Shown one piece after another: positions 55,509 through 64,000 of a stretch of 64,000 nucleotides of DNA. The notes beneath the pieces are model-generated. The model saw only the letters and a program-made list of their open reading frames with translations. It ran no database searches and was not told the DNA's origin. Source of the stretch: Candidatus Dormiibacterota bacterium (GTDB taxonomy: Bacteria > Chloroflexota > Dormibacteria > Aeolococcales > Aeolococcaceae). The position numbers were made by a program, and so were the translations under genes. Each line of letters begins with the position of its first letter. The stretch's first letter is position 1. Location: assembly GCA_019245575.1 (NCBI GenBank), contig JAFARE010000029.1:4158-68157 (forward strand), written 5' to 3'.

Positions 55509-57190
55509 CGGCCGGCGGCGCGCATCGTCGCGGCGATGTTCCGCGCCAATGTGCTGCGGCGCAGCTGGTCGAGCGTCAGCGGCAGCGGTAGCGACCAGTT
55601 GTCGCGCTCCGTCGCGCCCGGCAGATTGGGTCGTCGCGGCGCCGCCGCCGCGTCCTCCAGGGTCACCGACAGGAGGCGCGACGGCGCTGCGCCGAGCTCC
55701 GCGTAGGCGCGCTCCACCACCGACGACGTGGGCGCGCGGTCGGGCAGCGCCGTCAGCCTCCGCAGGCGGCGGCGCAGCCGCAGCTCCGCCTCGAGATTGA
55801 TGGGCCTGCCGCTGGCTGCCAGCTCGTCGATGTCCGCGCCGGTCCACACGCCGGTCACGGTGGGGAGGTCGTGTGTTGTCATCGCGGCCATCGCCTCCAC
55901 GGGGTATCGCTCCGGCCGTGCTCGCTCGAACCACATCACGCGATACGACAGCACGCCGCGGCGGCGGAGCTGTGCGCGAACACCGGTCTCGACCGTGCCC
56001 AGGTCCTCACCGACGACGTAGGCACTCGCTCGCGCGCTCTCCTCGGCGATGACGTCGAGCAGCTCGTGCCATGGATAGCGCACGTAGGCGCCACCGCGCG
56101 CATCCGACTCCGCCGGGATCCACCAGAGGCGGAACAGCCCCATCACATGGTCGATGCGCACGCCTGCGCCGAGACGAAGCAGCCGGTGCAACATTTCGCG
56201 CAGCGGGCGGTAGCCGGCGTCGCGGAGCCTGTGCGGGTCGAACGGCACGAGACCCCAATTCTGCCCGCCGGGGCTGAACTCGTCGGGCGGTGCGCCGATG
56301 CGCGCGCCGAATGCCATCACGTCGTGCCACATCCACGCGTCGGCGCCGTCGGGTGACGTGCCCACCGCGAGGTCGTGCACCAGCGGGATGGTCCGCGCCG
56401 CGCGCGCCAGCTGGGTGTCGGTCTGCCACTGCAGCCAGCGATGGAAGTCGACGCGCCGGCGCTCCCGCTCGGCGATGCGACGCACCGCGGCCGACCCCGG
56501 TGACTGCAGTGCGCGCGGCCACTGCCGCCAGGGTTTGCGCCGCTGCTCCGCGATCACGCAGTGCGTCGCGTACCGCAACAGCGCCTCGCCCTCCGACGCG
56601 CAGTACGCGTCGAAGCGGCGGTCGCCGCCAAACCGCGTCCACAGGTGCTCCAGCGCCTGCATCTTCAGGGCGAAGATGGCATCGCGCTGGATCACCGGCG
56701 ATGCGTTGAGGGCGCGGCCCTCGCGCTGCAGCCGGCGCACCAGCGGCGACTCGGTCGCGCCGGGGATCGCCTCCACTCGCAGGTACAGCGGGTTGCGGAA
56801 CAGCCGGCTCGACGGAAAGTACGGGCTCGCCTCCTGCGGCAGCCACGGCTGGGGCGCGTGCAGCGGATTCAGCATCAGCATCGACGCTCCCAGCCCCGAG
56901 GCCCAGCGCCCCAGCGCCGCGAGGTCGTCGAGGTCGCCCATCCCCCAGCTGCGCCGCGACCGAAGCGCATACAGCTGCGCCGCCCATCCCCAGCCCCGCT
57001 CCGGCGCCGGATGGCAGCGCGCAACCGGCCCGCGGCGGGCTCCCGATGGCTCGCCTGGGGGCGCGGCGCCGTCCGCGCCCAGCGCGTCCAGCACCGCGCG
57101 CACCGACCGCTGTGGCACCGTACGCCGGGTGCCCGTCGCGTCAACGTATTCCGTCTGCACGCCCCAGCGGGCTGCATCCGATCGCCGCAT
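55505..57190 (-). CDS. malQ: 4-alpha-glucanotransferase (amylomaltase, GH77)
   Basis: QLYALRS, HDLAVG, GAPPD, RIDHVMG, GEDLG, THDLPT. Confidence 0.94.
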   Translation of the reverse strand: MRRSDAARWGVQTEYVDATGTRRTVPQRSVRAVLDALGADGAAPPGEPSGARRGPVARCHPAPERGWGWAAQLYALRSRRSWGMGDLDDLAALGRWASGLGASMLMLNPLHAPQPWLPQEASPYFPSSRLFRNPLYLRVEAIPGATESPLVRRLQREGRALNASPVIQRDAIFALKMQALEHLWTRFGGDRRFDAYCASEGEALLRYATHCVIAEQRRKPWRQWPRALQSPGSAAVRRIAERERRRVDFHRWLQWQTDTQLARAARTIPLVHDLAVGTSPDGADAWMWHDVMAFGARIGAPPDEFSPGGQNWGLVPFDPHRLRDAGYRPLREMLHRLLRLGAGVRIDHVMGLFRLWWIPAESDARGGAYVRYPWHELLDVIAEESARASAYVVGEDLGTVETGVRAQLRRRGVLSYRVMWFERARPERYPVEAMAAMTTHDLPTVTGVWTGADIDELAASGRPINLEAELRLRRRLRRLTALPDRAPTSSVVERAYAELGAAPSRLLSVTLEDAAAAPRRPNLPGATERDNWSLPLPLTLDQLRRSTLARNIAATMRAAGR

Positions 57191-57222
57191 GGGGGTCACA
57201 TCATCGAACCGGAGTGTGCTGA

Positions 57223-59382
57223 ATGACCTCGGTCGCGCCTGAGCCGCCGGCCATCCCCGACGCGGCCTCGCACCAGGTTGCATGGCCGGGCTCGGACGCG
57301 CCGCTCGGAGCCACGTGGGACGGCGAGGGCACGAACTTCGCGGTCTTCGCCGAGATGGCAGAGGCCGTGGAGCTGGTGCTCTACGACGAGCGCGGCGAGG
57401 AGACCGAAACATACGACCTGGTGGAGCGCACCGACCTGGTGTGGCACGGATACGTCGAAACGGTGGGGCCGGGCCGGCTCTACGGATACCGCGTGCGCGG
57501 CCCGTACGCGCCGGAGCACGGGCTTCGCTACAACCACAACAAGCTGCTGCTCGACCCGTATGCCCTGGCCATATCGGGCGAGTTTCACATGGGCTCCGCG
57601 CTGCTGGGATACAGGCCGGGCACCGACGACGGCCCGATGAGCGACGTCGACTCCGCCCCGGCGATGCCGCGCAGCGTCGTGGTCGACCGGGCATTCCCGT
57701 GGGGCGAGGATCGCCGCCCCAACACATCGTGGACCGACACGATCATCTACGAGCTGCACGTCAAGGGCTTCACCAAACGCAATCCCGAGGTCCCCAAGGG
57801 CCTGCGCGGCACGTACGCGGGCCTCGCCCATCCCGCTGCCATCGAGCACCTGGTCAACCTCGGTGTGACCGCGGTCGAGCTCATGCCGGTGCACCACTTC
57901 ATCGACGGTGCGCACCTGGTCGATCAAGGACTCGTCAACTACTGGGGATACGACTCCGTCGGCTACTTCGCGCCGGAGGGTCGCTACTCCTCCGCGGGCA
58001 CCGGCGGGCAGCAGGTGCGCGAGTTCAAAGCCATGGTACGTGCTCTGCACGCCGCCGGGCTCGAGGTCATCCTCGACGTCGTCTACAACCACACCGGCGA
58101 GGGCAATCACCTCGGCCCCACGGTGAGCTTTCGCGGCCTGGACAACCACGCGTACTACCGGCTCATGGACCAGAACCCGCGCTTCTACTTCGACGTCACC
58201 GGCACCGGCAACAGCCTCAATGTGCGCAACCCGCACACGCTGCAGATGATCACCGACAGCCTGCGCTACTGGGTCACCGAGATGCACGTGGACGGCTTCC
58301 GGTTCGACCTCGCCGCCGCGCTGGCGCGCCAGTTCTACGAGGTGGACCGGCTGTCAGCCTTCTTCGACATCATCCACCAGGACCCGGTGCTGTCCCGCGT
58401 CAAGCTCGTCGCCGAGCCCTGGGACGTGGGCGACGGCGGCTACCAGGTGGGCAACTTCCCGGTGCGCTGGGCCGAGTGGAACGGCGGCTTCCGTGACTCG
58501 GTGCGCGACTACTGGCGCGCCCAGAGCCCCGGCGTGCGCGACCTCGCGTACCGGCTCACCGGCTCCAGCGACCTGTACCAGGGCGAGGGGCGGCAGCCGT
58601 GGGCGAGCATCAACTTCGTCACCGCGCATGACGGGTTCACGCTGCGCGACCTGGTCTCGTACAACGCCAAGCACAACGAGGCCAACGGCGAGGGCAACCG
58701 CGACGGCACCGAGGACAACCGCTCGTGGAACTGCGGCGCCGAAGGGGACAGCGATGACGCCGCCGTCAACGAGCTGCGCGGGCGGCAGCGGCGCAACCTC
58801 ATCGCCACGGTGCTGCTGTCACAGGGTTGCCCCATGCTGCTCGGCGGCGACGAGATCGGCCGCACCCAGAGCGGCAACAACAACGGCTATTGCCAGGACA
58901 ACGACATCTCGTGGTTCGACTGGGAGCAGGTCGATCAGGACATGCTGACCTTCGTGCAGCGCGTCATCGACCTGCGTCGCGCCCAGCCTGTGCTGCGGCG
59001 CAGGCGCTTCTTCTCCGGCCAGGAGATCTACGGCTCAGGCCGCAAGGACATCCTCTGGTTCCTGCCCAACGGCCGTGAGTTCACCGACCCGCAGTGGTTC
59101 AACGAGGCGCAGCGCTCGCTGGGGATGATCCTCAACGGCGAGGAGATCCCGGACCGAGACTCGCGCGGCCAGCGCATCACCGGCGACAGCATCATGGTGC
59201 TGCTCCACACGGGAGACGTCGACATCAAGTGGGCGGTGCCGGCCGGATGGGGCGAGCCGTGGGAGCGCGTGGTCGACACCGCGAACCCCGGCGTGCCCGA
59301 GGGCACGGTCTCATATCGCCCCAGCGATCGCGTGCCTGTGAAGGCCCATTCACTCGTGGTGCTGCGCCGCGCCCACAGCTGA
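57223..59382 (+). CDS. glgX: Glycogen debranching enzyme GlgX/TreX
   Basis: [42 protein letters not shown]. Confidence 0.96.
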   Translation: MTSVAPEPPAIPDAASHQVAWPGSDAPLGATWDGEGTNFAVFAEMAEAVELVLYDERGEETETYDLVERTDLVWHGYVETVGPGRLYGYRVRGPYAPEHGLRYNHNKLLLDPYALAISGEFHMGSALLGYRPGTDDGPMSDVDSAPAMPRSVVVDRAFPWGEDRRPNTSWTDTIIYELHVKGFTKRNPEVPKGLRGTYAGLAHPAAIEHLVNLGVTAVELMPVHHFIDGAHLVDQGLVNYWGYDSVGYFAPEGRYSSAGTGGQQVREFKAMVRALHAAGLEVILDVVYNHTGEGNHLGPTVSFRGLDNHAYYRLMDQNPRFYFDVTGTGNSLNVRNPHTLQMITDSLRYWVTEMHVDGFRFDLAAALARQFYEVDRLSAFFDIIHQDPVLSRVKLVAEPWDVGDGGYQVGNFPVRWAEWNGGFRDSVRDYWRAQSPGVRDLAYRLTGSSDLYQGEGRQPWASINFVTAHDGFTLRDLVSYNAKHNEANGEGNRDGTEDNRSWNCGAEGDSDDAAVNELRGRQRRNLIATVLLSQGCPMLLGGDEIGRTQSGNNNGYCQDNDISWFDWEQVDQDMLTFVQRVIDLRRAQPVLRRRRFFSGQEIYGSGRKDILWFLPNGREFTDPQWFNEAQRSLGMILNGEEIPDRDSRGQRITGDSIMVLLHTGDVDIKWAVPAGWGEPWERVVDTANPGVPEGTVSYRPSDRVPVKAHSLVVLRRAHS

Positions 59383-59383
59383 C

Positions 59384-60559
59384 ATGTTCGTGCTGCTCAC
59401 CGTCCTGGTGCTCGCAGGCCTTGCCGGACCGCTGCTGTCGTTCGGCGCGCGCGGACTCGTGCCCGCCGTCATCGGCGAGCTCATCGCGGGGTTCGTGCTG
59501 GGACGCACGGGCTTCGGGGTGATCGACCCTTCGCTGCAGCCGCTGCCCGCGTTCTCCGCGCTCGGCTTCGCCATGCTGATGCTCAGCGCGGGCACGCACG
59601 TGGACATCGGCTCGCCCGCGATCCGCCAGGGTCTTATACGTGGACTCCTCGCCTTCGTGATCGTGGCGCTCTGCGCGGTGCCGCTCGGCTTCGGCATCGA
59701 CCGCGCCCTGGGGATCAACCACCCCGCGCTGCTGGCGGTGCTCATCGCCGGCAGCTCGGCGGCGGTCGCCTTTCCCATCCTCGCCGAGCGGGGTCTCACC
59801 GGGCCGCACCTGGCGCTGCTGGTGGCATGGATCGCGCTCGCCGATTCGGCCACCGTGGTCGTCATGCCACTGACGCTCACCCAGCCGCACGACATCGCCA
59901 TCGCCATTGCCGGCGACGTCGCGATCGTCGCAGGCGGCGCGCTCGTCCTCGCCGCTGCGCTGCGCGCCCGACGTGAGCGGGTGGTCGGCGACCTGCGGGC
60001 GCAATCACTGACGCGCGGCTGGGCGTGGCAGCTGCGCATCTCGCTCCTGCTGCTCCTGGGGCTTTCGGCGACAGCCGAACGCACCGGTGCGAGCACGCTG
60101 GTTGCGGGGTTTCTCGCGGGCATGATCATCGTTCGCCTGCGCGAGCCGGACCGTCTCGCGCTGCAGATCACGGGCGTGGCCAACGGCTTTTTCGTGCCGC
60201 TGTTCTTCGTGCTGCTCGGCGCCCAGATCAACCTGCGCGCGCTCGTGGAGTCGCCGTCTCGCATCGTGCTGGCGGTCGCGCTTGCCTGTGCCGCCGTCAT
60301 CGCGCATGTCGTCGCGGCGCGCTTCAGCGCGCGCGAGCGCCGCGTCGCCACCGGGCTCACCGCGTCAGCGCAGCTGGGGATGCCCGCCGCAGCCGCCAGC
60401 CTCGGACTGGCCACGCATGCGCTCAGCGCGGCCGATGCCGCCGCGCTGGTGGCGGCGGGATGCCTCACGCTGATCCCGGCGACGGTCGGCAGCCTGCTGC
60501 TCACGCGAGACCTCGCGCGGGCGAACCCACCGAAGGCCGCGGGTCAGACCGCGGGCTGA
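59384..60559 (+). CDS. Cation:proton antiporter (CPA2-like)
   Basis: [22 protein letters not shown]; many TM segments. Confidence 0.85.
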   Translation: MFVLLTVLVLAGLAGPLLSFGARGLVPAVIGELIAGFVLGRTGFGVIDPSLQPLPAFSALGFAMLMLSAGTHVDIGSPAIRQGLIRGLLAFVIVALCAVPLGFGIDRALGINHPALLAVLIAGSSAAVAFPILAERGLTGPHLALLVAWIALADSATVVVMPLTLTQPHDIAIAIAGDVAIVAGGALVLAAALRARRERVVGDLRAQSLTRGWAWQLRISLLLLLGLSATAERTGASTLVAGFLAGMIIVRLREPDRLALQITGVANGFFVPLFFVLLGAQINLRALVESPSRIVLAVALACAAVIAHVVAARFSARERRVATGLTASAQLGMPAAAASLGLATHALSAADAAALVAAGCLTLIPATVGSLLLTRDLARANPPKAAGQTAG

Positions 60560-61977
60560 GGCGTGCCTGTCAGGGTTGTCGCCGGGTGCACCGGAAGCAG
60601 CATGGGTGGGCGCGGCGCCTGCGAGAAGTCGAAGTCCACGCTGAGATCACCGAGGATGGGGAGCGCCTCGCGCACGTCAGGACGCGGATCGGGCCGTCCG
60701 TCAGAGCGGGGATCGATGCGAGCGCCGTTGAGGAACACGTCCTCGATGAACTTGTCGTAAGCGTCGAAGCTCAGCGTCTGATGATCAATGAAACCCTGCC
60801 GCGCGTACGGGCTGATGACGATGCCGGGCACGCGAAGCCCGTACCCGTTGACGTCCACGGAGGGCGGTGCCACGTGGTCGTAGAAGCCACCCCAGTCGTC
60901 CCAGGTCAGGAAGATCGCGGTGGAGCTCCAGTCAGGCCCTGACATCACGGCGTCGACAAGACTTGTGACGTACGACTCGCCAAAGCTCACCGGCGACGGT
61001 GGATGCTCGCTCAGCTCACCCGACGGCACCACCCAGCTGACCGCAGGCAGCGTGCCGGCGCGCGCGGCGCTGTAGAAGCTGTCCGCGGGCTGGATGTTGC
61101 CCAGCTGCCCGTCAGCCTTCACCGTGTCGAAGTACGGAAGCGGGTTCCAGATGCCAGGCGTCGTGCTGCGCTGCTTGACGGGTGCGCACGTCAGCGCGTC
61201 GTCGTTCTCGCAGTCAGGCTCCGAGCCGGTCACCACGTAGTAGCCCCAGCTCACCTGGTGGCGGTGCAGCATCCAGGTGAGGTCCGTCCACGCGTAGATC
61301 GGCGCGGCGTGTGCCGTTCCGAAGTCGGGCGGACTCCCCGGACTCTGCAGCGCGTTGGAGCAACTGCTCGGGTTGTTGTGCTGCGTGCACGCCGCCGACC
61401 ACTCCGACACGAGGAACAGGTGCGCGGGCAGGCTCCAGGACGCGTTGGGCTCGAACATGTGATCCTGGAGCACGAAGTCGTGGGCGTAGCTCCAGTAGTT
61501 GGGAATGTCGGTCTGCACGTGATACCCCATCACGTCAGGCTGCGCACTGCCCGAGCACGTCGGGTCCGTCACGTTGGCGCAGCCCTTGTCGGCATTCAAG
61601 TCCTGTGCGATGAAGCCATCCATCTTCCCGCCGTCGATGTCGCCGGCGGCGGCATTCTGTCCGTGCGGCCCGCCCCCGTTGACGTCGCTGTGGTCGACGT
61701 AGGGCTTGACGCACGCGCCCGTGGCCGTGTCGGGTACGCACACCGAAGGCGAGCCGTTCTGCATGGGGATGCCGTCGGCGCCGGGGTACGTGCCGAAGTA
61801 CGTGTCGAAGGAGCGGTTCTCCTGCATGATCACGATCACGTGCCGGATCTTGCCGATGCCGGCGGGAAGGGACGCAGACGCGCTGGGAGAAGGCGTGCTC
61901 GGAGCGGCGCACGCAGCGAGGACACCGCCGAGCACCACCACCGCTGCCACCGCTCGTCCCCTCCTCGGCATCTGCAT
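60544..61977 (-). CDS. Phosphoesterase/phospholipase C family lipoprotein
   Basis: Lipobox [38 protein letters not shown]. Confidence 0.92.
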   Translation of the reverse strand: MQMPRRGRAVAAVVVLGGVLAACAAPSTPSPSASASLPAGIGKIRHVIVIMQENRSFDTYFGTYPGADGIPMQNGSPSVCVPDTATGACVKPYVDHSDVNGGGPHGQNAAAGDIDGGKMDGFIAQDLNADKGCANVTDPTCSGSAQPDVMGYHVQTDIPNYWSYAHDFVLQDHMFEPNASWSLPAHLFLVSEWSAACTQHNNPSSCSNALQSPGSPPDFGTAHAAPIYAWTDLTWMLHRHQVSWGYYVVTGSEPDCENDDALTCAPVKQRSTTPGIWNPLPYFDTVKADGQLGNIQPADSFYSAARAGTLPAVSWVVPSGELSEHPPSPVSFGESYVTSLVDAVMSGPDWSSTAIFLTWDDWGGFYDHVAPPSVDVNGYGLRVPGIVISPYARQGFIDHQTLSFDAYDKFIEDVFLNGARIDPRSDGRPDPRPDVREALPILGDLSVDFDFSQAPRPPMLLPVHPATTLTGTPQPAV

Positions 61978-62037
61978 GCGCACGACGCTAGCGCAGCGAG
62001 CAGCGCGGCGCCTGAGAGGGCGCTGTGACCATCGCCG

Positions 62038-62694
62038 TCAGGATGCGCGCACCACCCGGATGTTGAAGCGGGCGTTGCCGAGACGTCGCATGAGCCGGAT
62101 CCAGAGCGTGAGGTACATCTCCAGCGCCCGCGCGTTCGTGATGTCACCGAGGTCGATCACGTCGTCCGCGGCCCAGCCGAGACCCGCCAGAAACGCCACG
62201 ACCTCCGCTTTCGCGGCAGCATCGTCACCGGCGATGAACAGGTTGTGGCCGCCGTCGATCATGCCGGGATTGACCATTACCTCCGCGTTCACGGTGTTCA
62301 GCGCCTTGACCACGCGGGCGCGGGGAAAACGACGCTGGATCTGCTCGGCCACGCTGTCCGTGTTGGCCACCGTGAGCAGGGGCGGGAAGCCTGAGCTGTG
62401 GTCGATCGCATTGCTGGTGTCGATGAGCACCTTGCCCTCGAGGTTCTCCTCCCCTGCCGACTCGAGGGCGGCGAGCGCGCCCTCGCCGGCGGTCGCGTTG
62501 ATCACAACGTCGCCGGCCGCCGCTGCGTCGCGAAACGTCCCGTGATGGGCGGGCTCTCCACCGTCGGAGGCCCATGCGGTGGCGGCCTCGTTGCCCGCGC
62601 TGCGCGAACCCATCGTCACCTCGTGCCCCAGCTCTAGCAGCTTGGACGCCAGCGTCCTGCCCACGATGCCCGTTCCCAGCACTGCATATCGCAC
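62038..62694 (-). CDS. NADPH-dependent F420 reductase-like oxidoreductase
   Basis: LGTGIVG, GSRS, IDTSN, VVKALNT, AGDD. Confidence 0.9.
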   Translation of the reverse strand: MRYAVLGTGIVGRTLASKLLELGHEVTMGSRSAGNEAATAWASDGGEPAHHGTFRDAAAAGDVVINATAGEGALAALESAGEENLEGKVLIDTSNAIDHSSGFPPLLTVANTDSVAEQIQRRFPRARVVKALNTVNAEVMVNPGMIDGGHNLFIAGDDAAAKAEVVAFLAGLGWAADDVIDLGDITNARALEMYLTLWIRLMRRLGNARFNIRVVRAS

Positions 62695-62830
62695 TCCAGC
62701 GTCTCCTTCAGGCGACGGCCCGGTTGAACCCTGCTAGTGGAGTTTGAGCGGAACAGGATCGTGACCGGCTTGTGCGGTCGGTCGTGCGACCGGCGGGCCA
62801 CTGTTCGTTCGCGGACGACGGGAGGTTAGC

Positions 62831-64000
62831 GTGCGATACCGGCTCCGGTTCAGCCAGCGCGGTACAGCAGTGGAAAGGTCCGAATGGCAACGGCGGCCGG
62901 TGCTCAGCGTCGCGCTCCGAGTCGCCGTGTTCGCCGGTCCGGTGCTGGGCTCATTCGGTATCGCCCTGTTGCTGAGTCGCATGCTTCCTCGCGCCTCGGG
63001 CGGTCTGAGTGCGGCACTGCTGATCGCGGTGGTTGCGGGTGCCTCGCTGGTGACGCTTGTGGTCTTCGAGCGCGCGGCTCGCAAGCTCCTGCCACTTGCT
63101 GCGCTGCTGAACCTATCGCTGCTCTTTCCCGACAAGGCGCCTCAGCGCTTCGCCGTCGCGCGCGCCACGGGTAATCCCCGCGACCTGCAGGACAGGCTCG
63201 AGAAGGCCCGGGCCGGCGGACACAGCGATGATGCGGCGGGCCTGCAGGCGGTTGTCGAGCTCGTTTTGGCCTTGAGCGTGCACGACAAGGGCACACGGGG
63301 CCACTCTGAGCGCGTACGCGTGTTTGCCGACCTGCTCGCCGATGAGCTCAAGATCGACGAGGCGAGCAGGGCGCGGTTGCGATGGGCGGCCTTGCTTCAC
63401 GACGTCGGCAAATTGCACGTGCCGACGACCATCCTCAACAAGCCGGACCGGCCAGACGCAGCCGAATGGGAAGTGTTGCACCGCCACCCGGAGGAGGGCG
63501 CGCGACTGGTTGCGCCGCTCCTCCCATGGCTCGGCGACTGGGGACATGCGGTCGTCGAGCACCACGAGCGCTGGGACGGCACCGGCTATCCTCGCGGTCT
63601 CAGGGCCAGCCAGATCTCCCTCGCGGCGCGGATCGTCTCCGTTGCGGACACCTACGAGGTGATGACCGCGCCGAGGGCATACAAGCGGCCGATGAGCGTC
63701 GCCGCGTCGCGCCGGGAGCTCACACGAGCGGCCGGCACGCAACTGGACCCACACGTGGTGCGAGCCTTTTTGAACATCTCCGTGGGGCGTCTGTGGCGCA
63801 CTGTCGGGCTGGCGGCTTGGGTCGGCCAGATCCCCGCACTGGGCCGCTTCCTCGAAGGGTTGACGCGGGCGGGCGCGATGGCGGGATCCGGCGTCGCCAC
63901 GGTGGCCACTGCCGGGTTGGTCGTCGCCGGCAGCATCGCGACGCCGGCCCTCGCACCGAGCTTTAGCGGTCCAGCGGCGGTTGGCCCCTCCGCACCGTCA
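62831..64000 (+). CDS. Membrane HD-GYP phosphodiesterase (3' partial; absent from the ORF track)
   Basis: RBS GGAGG then GTG; hand translation gives TM segments, TRGHSERV, LLHDVGK, HHERWDGTGYPRGL; frame stays open to the window end. Confidence 0.9.
   Translation, partial: MRYRLRFSQRGTAVERSEWQRRPVLSVALRVAVFAGPVLGSFGIALLLSRMLPRASGGLSAALLIAVVAGASLVTLVVFERAARKLLPLAALLNLSLLFPDKAPQRFAVARATGNPRDLQDRLEKARAGGHSDDAAGLQAVVELVLALSVHDKGTRGHSERVRVFADLLADELKIDEASRARLRWAALLHDVGKLHVPTTILNKPDRPDAAEWEVLHRHPEEGARLVAPLLPWLGDWGHAVVEHHERWDGTGYPRGLRASQISLAARIVSVADTYEVMTAPRAYKRPMSVAASRRELTRAAGTQLDPHVVRAFLNISVGRLWRTVGLAAWVGQIPALGRFLEGLTRAGAMAGSGVATVATAGLVVAGSIATPALAPSFSGPAAVGPSAPS

Overview
High-GC bacterial chromosomal window of about 57 densely packed CDS. 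Gene content and many leaderless-type starts suggest a soil Terrabacteria lineage (Dormibacterota/Actinomycetota/Chloroflexota-like; inference only). No rRNA, tRNA, CRISPR array, transposase or integrase was recognised. Main blocks: (1) 1-10847, a translationally coupled operon with an ABC exporter end, an epimerase-glycosyltransferase fusion, a GT4, an ATP-grasp ligase and five APH-like kinase paralogues, three of which lack the catalytic Asp; (2) a TetR/MFS pair with two matching operator-like sites; (3) lipid, redox and repair genes (tandem hisN-like, SDR, thiolase, rhodanese, L,D-transpeptidase, flippase, a YprB-like exonuclease with a LexA-type box, alkA, pntAA/AB/B, hybrid kinase, icd-like, mutY); (4) a USP-UbiB/AarF kinase fusion broken by one in-frame TAG; (5) treZ-treY-malQ/glgX; (6) a partial HD-GYP gene. 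The most unusual signal is non-coding. A ~100 bp multi-hairpin element with a 39/44 identical core and a compensatorily changed hairpin occurs twice (~25146-25247 and ~45225-45321). Each copy sits at the apex of a locus-specific 250-400 bp quasi-palindrome whose arms run into the coding sequences of unrelated flanking genes.
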